A stretch of DNA of 64,000 nt, from assembly GCA_035649735.1 (NCBI GenBank), contig DASRIZ010000347.1:1321-65320 (forward strand), in the 5' to 3' direction. Positions 1-7,612 of the stretch are shown piece after piece. A model generated the notes under the pieces. The model had not been told where the DNA came from, searched no databases, and worked only from the letters and a program-made list of their open reading frames with translations. Numbering within the stretch: position 1 is the stretch's first letter; every line of letters begins with the position of its first letter. The position numbers and the translations under genes were made by a program. Origin of the DNA: Blastocatellia bacterium. GTDB lineage: Bacteria > Acidobacteriota > Blastocatellia > UBA7656.

Positions 1-448
1 AGCCGAGCTCAGCGCAGCCGATGCCGCGTTGTTTATGTTGAGCACCTCGTTGAGCAAAGACCTCTACAAGGCTTTTATCAATCCGACGGCGACAGACGAG
101 CGGCTGATGCGAATCGCGAAGATCTCGGCGATTGCGTGCGGAGTGGCGGGCGCGGTGTTGGGAAGTTTTCTTCCGACGGTGATTTCGGCGCTGAGGATCT
201 TCTATACTCTTCTGGCGGCGGCGCTGACGCTGCCTCTCATCGCGGGTTTGTACACTCGAAGAGTCAAAGCACGCGCCGCGATCCTATCGATGCTCGCGTC
301 TGTTTTTGTGACCTTCGCGCTGGAGCTGATCACTGAAGGAAGAGGTGTTCGCGGTGTTCCGTCGTTGATCGTCGGCATCGCCGCCGGCGCGGTGGTGATG
401 TTGCTCGTCAATTCTGTTGAGAAGCGCGCGAGTAGTTATTCGACATGA
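1..448 (+). CDS. Sodium:solute symporter (SSF)-type transporter, C-terminal fragment; the 5' end lies outside the window
   Basis: The frame of ORF 29..448 stays open back to nt 2. The product is a series of hydrophobic helices and includes AADAALFMLSTSLSKDLYK. The family call is from memory of SSF C-termini. Confidence 0.55.
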   Translation, partial: AELSAADAALFMLSTSLSKDLYKAFINPTATDERLMRIAKISAIACGVAGAVLGSFLPTVISALRIFYTLLAAALTLPLIAGLYTRRVKARAAILSMLASVFVTFALELITEGRGVRGVPSLIVGIAAGAVVMLLVNSVEKRASSYST

Positions 449-487
449 TTAGCCCGCTCGTACTTTGATTCTCAATGAGGCCGATGA

Positions 488-1270
488 ATGGACTATAAGA
501 ACCTGTTTAACCTGGACGGCCGCGTGTCGGTAGTCATAGGAGCGGGATCGGGGATCGGACAATCCGCGGCAAGAGGGCTCGCCGCTCACGGTGCATTCGC
601 TGTCTGCGCCGATTTGCAAAGAGAACTCGCCGTCCAAACCGCTGCTGAAATCGGAAGCCATGCGACGGCGATGTCCGTTGACATCACCCAAACCGAAAGC
701 GTCGTCGAGCTCCTACGGTCTGTCATCGATCAGCATAAGCGGCTGGACATCGTCGTCACTACGCCGGGCGCTAATGTCCGCAAACAGATCTCTGACTATC
801 AGGACATAGACTTCGATCGGGTGATCGAGCTGAACTTGAAAGGAACGTTTCGGGTCTTGCGCGAAGCGGGTCGAATCATGTCCGACCGCTGCGGCGGCAG
901 CATCATAGCTTTCTCGTCGATTCGTTCACAGGTGGTCGAGCCTGGGCAGGGTGTTTATGCCGCGACAAAGGCGGGAATCGTTCAAGTTGTTCGCGCGCTT
1001 GCAGCGGAGCTTGGGCCGAAAGGAGTTCGAGTGAATGCGATAGCCCCGGGAGTTGTCGAAACTCCGCTGACGCGGCCCATCAAAGACCATCCAGATTGGT
1101 ACGCCGCTTATGCCGCGAAAAGCGTATTCGGTCGGTGGGCAAGCGCCGACGAGATGGCAGGACCGGTAATTTATCTTGCGTCCGATGCATCGAGCTATGT
1201 CACCGGTTCGCTGCTGTTCGTGGATGGCGGATGGACGGCGGCGGACGGACGGTTCGATCCTCCGTTGTAG
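488..1270 (+). CDS. Short-chain dehydrogenase/reductase (SDR) family oxidoreductase
   Basis: 260 aa. Rossmann motif VVIGAGSGIGQ, catalytic YAATK (YxxxK) and NAIAPG are present. The substrate cannot be inferred. Confidence 0.85.
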   Translation: MDYKNLFNLDGRVSVVIGAGSGIGQSAARGLAAHGAFAVCADLQRELAVQTAAEIGSHATAMSVDITQTESVVELLRSVIDQHKRLDIVVTTPGANVRKQISDYQDIDFDRVIELNLKGTFRVLREAGRIMSDRCGGSIIAFSSIRSQVVEPGQGVYAATKAGIVQVVRALAAELGPKGVRVNAIAPGVVETPLTRPIKDHPDWYAAYAAKSVFGRWASADEMAGPVIYLASDASSYVTGSLLFVDGGWTAADGRFDPPL

Positions 1271-1397
1271 ATTTGGTTTCTGGTTTCTGGTTTTTAATTC
1301 CTGGTTTCTGGTTTCTGGTTTATGGTTTCTCGGTTCTGGTCCTACACTCGACCGCGTCCGAACTAGAAACTACGAACCAGCAACTAGAAACCAAGCT
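1271..1397. repeat. Heptamer-array hairpin: (TGGTTTC)n left arm and (GAAACYA)n right arm, filling the spacer between convergent genes
   Basis: Read directly. Left arm, nt 1274-1341: tggtttctggtttctggttttt..ctggtttctggtttctggtttatggtttctcggttctgg. Right arm, nt 1359-1395: gaactagaaactacgaaccagcaactagaaaccaa. Period is 7, and the arms are imperfect reverse complements. Confidence 0.8.
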
Positions 1398-2069
1398 TTA
1401 AGCGATCCGCCCATCCACGATATTGATTATCCGATGCGCCAGCGCGGAGTTCTCAGGATTGTGAGTCACCATAAACACCGTCTGTCCCTGCTCGTTAAGT
1501 TTCAAAAACACTTCCATAACTTCGTGGCCCGTCTTTGTATCGAGCGAGCCGGTCGGTTCATCGGCTAGAATCAGCGGCGGCTCGTTTACTATCGCTCGGG
1601 CGATCGCCAGCCGGCCTTGCTCGCCGCCTGAAAGCTGATTGGGGAGCCTCGGCCCCTTATCCGCGAGCCCGACTTTTTCCAATACATTCATCGCGCGGTC
1701 GCGCTTCTCTCTCGCGCTCGCGTGGGTCGTCGCCAGCGGCAGCATCGCGTTCTCGAGCGTGCTGAGATAAGGCATCAGGTGATGTTGTTGAAAAACGAAC
1801 CCGAGATACTCCCGGCGAAAATCGGCTCGGCGCTCATCCTCCAGACCGTACACGTCGATTTCATCTACGAGCACCCGCCCTTCGGTTGGATGGTTCATGG
1901 CTCCAACGATTGTTAGAAGGGTGCTTTTGCCCGAGCCTGAGGGTCCCATCAAGCAGACGAACTCGCCTTCAGCGAGTTCGGCGTTGACATCCGAAAGCAC
2001 GCGAACAGCCGGCGACTCGCCGTTCGCTTCATAAACCTTTGTGACGTTTTCTATCGAAAGGAAGGGCAT
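1398..2069 (-). CDS. ABC transporter ATP-binding protein (MacB/LolD-like)
   Basis: 223 aa. Walker A GPSGSGKST, ABC signature LSGGEQGRLAIARA and Walker B LILADEPTGSLD are present. Confidence 0.9.
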   Translation of the reverse strand: MPFLSIENVTKVYEANGESPAVRVLSDVNAELAEGEFVCLMGPSGSGKSTLLTIVGAMNHPTEGRVLVDEIDVYGLEDERRADFRREYLGFVFQQHHLMPYLSTLENAMLPLATTHASAREKRDRAMNVLEKVGLADKGPRLPNQLSGGEQGRLAIARAIVNEPPLILADEPTGSLDTKTGHEVMEVFLKLNEQGQTVFMVTHNPENSALAHRIINIVDGRIA

Positions 2070-2118
2070 CGGTCAGTTACGCGAGCGGTAGAGGCATAGT
2101 CAGGTTACGGTAGTTATT

Positions 2119-2542
2119 TGGTTGACTGACCAAGCAGCGGAGCTGCCAAATCAAGGTACCATCTCAATACTCTTTCTTGATGGCCTGTCTGATAGGCATA
2201 AGGTTATCAGGTATGCTGGGGCTAGATTCCAGACAATACCGGCAGATATTCTTGCGATCCATTGCCAAACGGTGCTCGGACCGGACTCAGTACCGATCAT
2301 CATCTCCGGTAGCATCGCAATGTAGAAAACGAAGGTAAAGATGAAGTTGAAGAACTCACTTCTGATCGGACTTACTATCAAAAGCAATACGTACTTTGTC
2401 GCCTCAAGTCCCATCGCTATCAAACCCAGCCGCTTGAAGTCATTCCTTTGCGCGGCTAACGCTAAGATCGGCAAAGCGACACAGATTGTGATTAAGAGTG
2501 CCACCATTCCGCTTCTCCGCTGCTTGGTCAGCCAACTATATG
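2119..2542. mobile_element. TIR-bounded insert of ~0.42 kb, AT-richer than its flanks by eye (MITE- or cassette-like), between the ABC permease and ATPase genes
   Basis: ctgaccaagcagcggag at 2126-2142 is the perfect reverse complement of ctccgctgcttggtcag at 2515-2531. Flanking ttgg motifs extend the match. The interior is visibly AT-richer than the flanks and carries one small ORF. Confidence 0.35.
2151..2507 (-). CDS. Hypothetical small membrane protein (about 4 TM helices) carried inside the TIR-bounded insert
   Basis: 118-aa ORF with four hydrophobic segments. Its ATG at 2507 is preceded by GCGGAG from the right TIR, which acts as an SD-like sequence. I recognise no family. Confidence 0.45.
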   Translation of the reverse strand: MVALLITICVALPILALAAQRNDFKRLGLIAMGLEATKYVLLLIVSPIRSEFFNFIFTFVFYIAMLPEMMIGTESGPSTVWQWIARISAGIVWNLAPAYLITLCLSDRPSRKSIEMVP

Positions 2543-2552
2543 ATTACTCAAG

Positions 2553-3827
2553 TTACACATATCGGACTGCTTCCGAGGGGTCCAGCCTCGACGCGCGAAC
2601 GATCGGATAAAAGCTGCTGATGGTGCCGATCACCAATCCGGCCACAACTGACGCTACTGCCAGCGCCGGTTGAAACTCGAAGACCACTCTGGTCTCCGCG
2701 AAATAAGGCAGCGCAAGCCAGGCTGCGAGCTGTCCCGTTCCCCATCCCAACAAACCGCCAATCAGGCTAATTACCGCGACCTCGATCATCAGCCCCTTGA
2801 TGATGTGAGTTCGTCGAAACCCTATCGCTCGAAGGACTCCGATCTCTTTTGTCCGTTCGATAACCGAGCCCATCATCGTTGTGAAGATCATCAACGCTCC
2901 GATTGCCAGAACCACCGCCGCGACGACCGCGGAAAAACGAGTCAGCCGCTCGACGGTTTCCGAACGGGCGCGAACCGACTGCTGAATCGCGGAGACCTTC
3001 GCGTGGGGAATTCGTTCGCTGATCTGCGCGACGATGTCTTCGATAGGACAATCCTTACACAGGGCGCTCACCTCGATCAGGCTCAATTGTCCGGACTTGT
3101 TTAACAGCGTCTGAACGTGGGGCAACGAGCCGAAGATCATTCGATCCTCGGGTCCGCTGGTCTGGGAGATCACCCCGGCGACGTGGTGGTCTTGGTCGGC
3201 GATCTTCACCCGATCGCGGACGATCCTGAATTGAAATTGGTCCTCGCTGCTATCGTGCGAACCACCGTGCGAGACCTGCTGGTCGGCGGGGACGGGCGTC
3301 GTACCCTCGATCAATGACAGCGCGCGGGCGACCTCATAGCCAACCAGAAGTTCCTGCTCTCCCTCCGGATTGCGCCCGGCGATATGCCACCAGCGCTTGA
3401 GGGTCAACTCGCTGTCGAAATCAACGCCGGCCAAAAGGATCTCGCGACCCTCGACCTCAACAGCGCCGAGCAGCTTCGGCGAAACATTGCTGATGCGATT
3501 GCGAAATGGAATGTCCAACACAGCGTTTGCGTCTTCGTTCTTGAGCTGCTTTACGTCAAACGAGACACTCGAGACGGAGAGCCCGCCGTAATCCAGGGAG
3601 AGGCTATTTGACTGAGGCACGACGACAATGTTCGCGCCGAAGCGATCGAGTTGCGAACCGATCTCTTCTTTGATCGAACTGCTCAAGCTAAGCAGGGCGA
3701 CTGCCGTTCCGATGCCGATGGCGATACCCAGAGTAAGAAAGATGGCCTTGCCTTTTCGTCGCTTGAGATTTGCAAATGCAATCGTCGAGATGCGCATTGA
3801 TTTAGAAGTAGCCTCCGCGGCTTTCAA
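2553..3827 (-). CDS. ABC transporter permease, FtsX/MacB family
   Basis: 424 aa. N-terminus IAFANLKRRKGK followed by a TM helix, a large periplasmic domain, and a C-terminal FtsX-type 3-TM bundle. An alternative start at M11 (nt 3797) would remove the 26-nt overlap with the upstream gene. Confidence 0.85.
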   Translation of the reverse strand: MKAAEATSKSMRISTIAFANLKRRKGKAIFLTLGIAIGIGTAVALLSLSSSIKEEIGSQLDRFGANIVVVPQSNSLSLDYGGLSVSSVSFDVKQLKNEDANAVLDIPFRNRISNVSPKLLGAVEVEGREILLAGVDFDSELTLKRWWHIAGRNPEGEQELLVGYEVARALSLIEGTTPVPADQQVSHGGSHDSSEDQFQFRIVRDRVKIADQDHHVAGVISQTSGPEDRMIFGSLPHVQTLLNKSGQLSLIEVSALCKDCPIEDIVAQISERIPHAKVSAIQQSVRARSETVERLTRFSAVVAAVVLAIGALMIFTTMMGSVIERTKEIGVLRAIGFRRTHIIKGLMIEVAVISLIGGLLGWGTGQLAAWLALPYFAETRVVFEFQPALAVASVVAGLVIGTISSFYPIVRASRLDPSEAVRYV

Positions 3828-4353
3828 GCTCGCTCGCTTTAATCACAAGCTGATTTCCATCGATGGTTCGTGGAAGACCAATCGGATTGCAGCCGCCGTG
3901 CACCTCGTTGATCTTGGCTGAATGAAAGTGCAACCCGCAGTTGTTGCAAATCATGTCATCGCCTTCCTGATGATAACCTTTCTTCGCGTGATAGCAGGTA
4001 TCGCAGGCGTCAAGCGCCGCTCGATAGACGCCATCCGAACTCTTCAGCACGAAGAAGCGAACCGGTCTGTTATCGGACAACTTATAGTCAAAGAACTTCG
4101 CCGTGCTGCTGAGGTCCGAAAGCGAGATTCTTATGTCGCGAGACTCCGGAGCAGTCGAAGCAGTCGAAGCCGGACCGGTCGAAACGGCAGTCGCGGTTGG
4201 GTTGTCTTTTGAAGCGCCGATCACCAAGTATATGGCTACGCCGACCAAAACCACCGCAACCGCCGCAAGGATGAGCGTCGACTTCCCCTTGCGTTCGGGC
4301 GGTTCGGAAAACTCTGCCTTCTTTCTCTCTCTTGCCTCTGACTTAGTGTTCAT
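3802..4353 (-). CDS. Membrane-anchored Cys-rich protein, DUF2318-like (putative metal or Fe-S binding)
   Basis: 183 aa. One N-terminal TM helix, then CDTCYH...CNNCGLHFH...HGGCNP. First gene of the permease-ATPase operon. The family call is from memory. Confidence 0.6.
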   Translation of the reverse strand: MNTKSEARERKKAEFSEPPERKGKSTLILAAVAVVLVGVAIYLVIGASKDNPTATAVSTGPASTASTAPESRDIRISLSDLSSTAKFFDYKLSDNRPVRFFVLKSSDGVYRAALDACDTCYHAKKGYHQEGDDMICNNCGLHFHSAKINEVHGGCNPIGLPRTIDGNQLVIKASELESRGGYF

Positions 4354-4433
4354 TTGGAATATACCTCCGACCGCTTCATCGAAACTGGGTCATTATACCA
4401 ACTCAGAAACACGAGCACTATTACAGCGGCGTA

Positions 4434-4623
4434 GCGTAGACTGTCCAGTCTGCGCTCAGTCTTCAGCGCCGACGCAGCACGGAATGTAAGCGTAGACTGT
4501 CCAGTCTGCGCTCAGCCTTCAGCGCTAACGCAGCGCGGAATGTAAGCGTAGACTGTCCAGTCTGCGCTCAGTCTCCAGCGCCGACGCAGCACGCGTGTAG
4601 CGCAGACTGGACAGTCTACGCTA
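4434..4623. repeat. 56-bp tandem repeat x3 plus a terminal inverted copy of its 24-nt head; the core is the palindrome AGACTG-TC-CAGTCT
   Basis: Units start at 4434, 4490 and 4546 (gcgtagactgtccagtctgcgctcag + ~30 nt). Nt 4599-4622 (agcgcagactggacagtctacgct) is the exact reverse complement of 4545-4568. Confidence 0.9.
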
Positions 4624-4636
4624 CATTCTAGCAACA

Positions 4637-5392
4637 GTGAGCGAACAAGCTCTTATAGATCAACTCAGAACAATGCTTGCCGCCAGCAGACGTGCAGTCG
4701 TCTTTACCGGAGCAGGCATCAGCACCGAGTCAGGCATCCCCGATTTCCGCAGCCCGGGCGGTCTCTGGACAAAGTATCAGCCGATCGACTTTCGCGAGTT
4801 CCTGTCTTCTGAAGAAGCACGCCGAGAAACCTGGCGAAGAAAGATCGCCGTTGACGAGGCAGTCGCTAAAGCCGAGCCGAACCGCGGCCATCTGGCGATC
4901 GCACGGCTCGTCGCCCAGGGAAAAGTCTCGAGCGTCATCACTCAAAACATCGACGGTCTGCATCAGCGATCCGGAGTTCCCCACGAACAAGTAATCGAGT
5001 TGCACGGCAATGGAACCTATGCGGCATGCCTCGATTGCGCGAAGCGTTACGAGCTGGTCGATGTGTTCGCGGCATTCAAGGAAAACGAGGAGCCGCCGGT
5101 TTGTGACTGCGGAGGGTTCATCAAGAGCGCGACGATTTCATTCGGGCAACCGATGCCCTTTGAACCGATGCGCCGCTCTCAAGCCGAGGCCAAGAGCTGT
5201 GATCTGTTCCTGGCCATCGGGTCTTCGCTTGTGGTTTATCCCGCTGCTTCTTTCCCCGCGGTCGCTAAGCAAAACGGCTCACGTTTGGTGATATTGAATC
5301 GAGAGCCGACGGACCTCGACTATTTAGCCGACCTGGTGTTGAATTTGGAGATCGGGCCGACGCTGGAGGCCGCGACCGCCATTACTGAATAG
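4637..5392 (+). CDS. cobB: NAD-dependent protein deacylase, Sir2 family
   Basis: 251 aa with a GTG start. GAGISTESGIPDFRS, TQNIDGLH and the Zn-binding pair CLDC...CDCGG are present. Confidence 0.9.
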   Translation: MSEQALIDQLRTMLAASRRAVVFTGAGISTESGIPDFRSPGGLWTKYQPIDFREFLSSEEARRETWRRKIAVDEAVAKAEPNRGHLAIARLVAQGKVSSVITQNIDGLHQRSGVPHEQVIELHGNGTYAACLDCAKRYELVDVFAAFKENEEPPVCDCGGFIKSATISFGQPMPFEPMRRSQAEAKSCDLFLAIGSSLVVYPAASFPAVAKQNGSRLVILNREPTDLDYLADLVLNLEIGPTLEAATAITE

Positions 5393-5412
5393 GTGTACCG
5401 TCAGCTAGAACT

Positions 5413-6561
5413 ATGAAGACTCTTCGTCTATCTCTCGCATCGTTCCTTTTTTTGACCCTGATTCTGTTTGGACTTGAAGTCGCTTCGGCGGGACAGCAGA
5501 AGAAGCGTGATACACAACCGAGTCCACCGGAAGCCGCGGTATCAGCCGAAGAGGCTGCGCAACTTGAAGCTGTCGTGACTACCGATCTTGGAGTCATCCG
5601 CTTCGAATTCTTTCCTAACAAGGCTCTCAAGCACTCACAGCAATTCGTAAAGCTTGCGCGAGCGGGTTTCTACGACGGGTCGGCGTTTCATCGAGTGATC
5701 CAACGAGGACTCATTCAGGGCGGCGACCCGCTGCTTAAAGATCCGCAAACGCCTCGCGAGCGCTGGGGAACAGGCGCCCTAAAGCAGATCGCGGATGAAT
5801 TCAGCGATGTCAAACACGTTCGGGGCACGGTCTCGGCGGTGCGGATTCCGGGTCAGCCAAACAGCGGGGGCGCGCAGTTCTTCATATGCGCGTCGCCTCA
5901 GCCGCAGCTCGACGGCCAATTCTCGGCTTTTGCCCAGGTCACCGAAGGGATCGAGGTCGTCGAACGAATCTCGCTCGCACCAACCGACAGCAACGGGTTA
6001 ACCGTTAACCCAATAAAGATCGTCAGCATCAAGATCGAACCCAGGAAACTTGAACCATTCAAAGACGCCACTGTCGATCAGATGCGGAGAGACGTTCTGT
6101 TGCACACGAGTCTCGGCGACATAACGCTTGAGATGGATCCGGAATTGGCTCCCGAACACGTGCGCAACTTTTTGAAGCTTGTGGAAAGCGGCTGGTACGA
6201 TCACACCGCGTTTCACCGCGTCATACCGGGATTTGTGATTCAAGGCGGAGTCGGCTCTACTCGCGCGGACAACAATCCGCATCCGGCGGACAAATGGGTT
6301 CACAAGCTAAAGGGCGAATTCAGCCGCACCGCGCTTCACATACGCGGCGCCCTGTCTATGGCTCGTACCAGCGACCCCGATTCGGCGGACACATCGTTCT
6401 TTATCGTGCTGGGACCGGCGACGCATCTGGATGGCAAGTACACGATCTTCGGAAAGGTAGTCGATGGCTTTGACACGATGGAGCTGATCGAGAAGGCGCC
6501 CCGTCAGGGTGAAACTCCGGTTCAACGTATCGAGCTGATTGAAGCGACGATAAAAAAGTAA
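5413..6561 (+). CDS. Secreted peptidyl-prolyl cis-trans isomerase with two cyclophilin-type domains
   Basis: 382 aa. Signal peptide, then two copies of the cyclophilin core (FHRVIQRGLIQGGDP and FHRVIPGFVIQGG). Confidence 0.9.
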   Translation: MKTLRLSLASFLFLTLILFGLEVASAGQQKKRDTQPSPPEAAVSAEEAAQLEAVVTTDLGVIRFEFFPNKALKHSQQFVKLARAGFYDGSAFHRVIQRGLIQGGDPLLKDPQTPRERWGTGALKQIADEFSDVKHVRGTVSAVRIPGQPNSGGAQFFICASPQPQLDGQFSAFAQVTEGIEVVERISLAPTDSNGLTVNPIKIVSIKIEPRKLEPFKDATVDQMRRDVLLHTSLGDITLEMDPELAPEHVRNFLKLVESGWYDHTAFHRVIPGFVIQGGVGSTRADNNPHPADKWVHKLKGEFSRTALHIRGALSMARTSDPDSADTSFFIVLGPATHLDGKYTIFGKVVDGFDTMELIEKAPRQGETPVQRIELIEATIKK

Positions 6562-6598
6562 ACTCGAAATGCGGCTTACAAAGCTGCCTATCAATCTT

Positions 6599-6883
6599 TT
6601 ATCTCGTTGGAGGACGTCGCGCTGAATGAAACACGTCGATCACTTCGACGCGATTTCGCCGGACTCGGTAGATAATTCGATAAGGTGGTTCAATCAGTTC
6701 GTGAATATTTGGACGGCGTGAATGAGGAAGAATACGGCCCGAAAGTGGGAACGCCGAGAGCTGATCACCCCTCTTTAGAATGCGATCGATAACCCGATGG
6801 GCGTTTGTCTCTGAGTCAACGGCGATGTGTGCGTGGATCGCGGCTAAAGACCTTAGAGCCCGGTCCGACCAGACAACTTTCAT
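6599..6883 (-). CDS. Type II toxin, RelE/ParE family
   Basis: 94 aa. C-terminal YRIIYRVRRNRVEVIDVFHSARR is typical of ParE/RelE. It overlaps the upstream antitoxin ORF by 4 bp. Confidence 0.8.
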   Translation of the reverse strand: MKVVWSDRALRSLAAIHAHIAVDSETNAHRVIDRILKRGDQLSAFPLSGRILPHSRRPNIHELIEPPYRIIYRVRRNRVEVIDVFHSARRPPTR

Positions 6884-7071
6884 TGAGACATTCCAAGCTT
6901 TTCACGGATCTCGTCGCTACTCCAAACACGACCTGCTTCGATGTCAGCTAGTCCTTCCTCAATCAACTGTCGTTCGAGCATCAGACGCGTTAGGTCTTCC
7001 CAAGTGGCGTCGTCGGGTAGAGATTCTATAAGCTTAAGCGCTTCCTCTTTGATGTGTGTGGTTTCCTGCAT
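6880..7071 (-). CDS. Type II antitoxin (addiction-module component) paired with the RelE/ParE toxin
   Basis: 63 aa from the ATG at 7071, which is preceded by GGAGGA + 6 nt. The longer ORF back to 7101 has no SD. The product is acidic and helical (LPDDATWEDL...) and its stop overlaps the toxin start. Confidence 0.7.
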   Translation of the reverse strand: MQETTHIKEEALKLIESLPDDATWEDLTRLMLERQLIEEGLADIEAGRVWSSDEIREKLGMSQ

Positions 7072-7246
7072 TGCGATTCCTCCGCGCGGACATTCTACCA
7101 CAGGCTACGCATTAGGTTTGACCATCCATTATTCTTCTTCGCCGAGTGATTTTAACCTTTATTACTAAAATGTATACTTCCCGCTCGACCCCTTTTAACC
7201 GGGAAACAAAACCAGGTTTTGGGGCGTATAAAAAACTCGATTCAAA

Positions 7247-7506
7247 ATGCTATCACTGGCGAAGAGCAGCTACGCAAACAGTAGTCGAGTTGTACGCATG
7301 GTGACCCAGTTTGGGGACGCCCGACGCAGTCGGTGCTCGACCGGATTCCGGTTCTCGAAAAGGAAATCGCCGACGCAAACTCAGCATTCGAATCGATCAT
7401 CGGGAAAGAGCTCGCAGTGGTGAATGCGAAGCTTGCAGCCAAGAAATTCGATCCCATAAAGGTTATGACCAGGGAAGAGTACGACAAGAAGCAGGAAACC
7501 AGGTAA
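7247..7506 (+). pseudogene. Frameshifted C-terminal remnant of a larger gene
   Basis: The frame from 7247 reads ..SSYANSSRVVRMVTQFGDA. The frame from 7321 continues PTQSVLDRIPVLEKEIADANSAFESIIGKELAVVNAKLAAKKFDPIKVMTREEYDKKQETR*. A 1-nt shift at ~7321 joins them, and there is no plausible N-terminus. Confidence 0.35.
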
Positions 7507-7612
7507 TCCGTTGATTGAAGATCGCGCGATCAAAGGAAAGCTGGTACTCTACATGCCGTTCGGTCGAGACGTATTGTTCGTTCCGCTCTAACAAAAACAT
7601 TAGGAGGCAGAT

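Noticed and set aside
4434-4623. Possible small CRISPR array (a 26-nt repeat recurring every 56 nt)
   Set aside because: The ~30-nt intervals between the repeats are themselves nearly identical from unit to unit, so they are not spacers. No cas genes or leader are nearby. The last copy is inverted. It is a plain tandem repeat.
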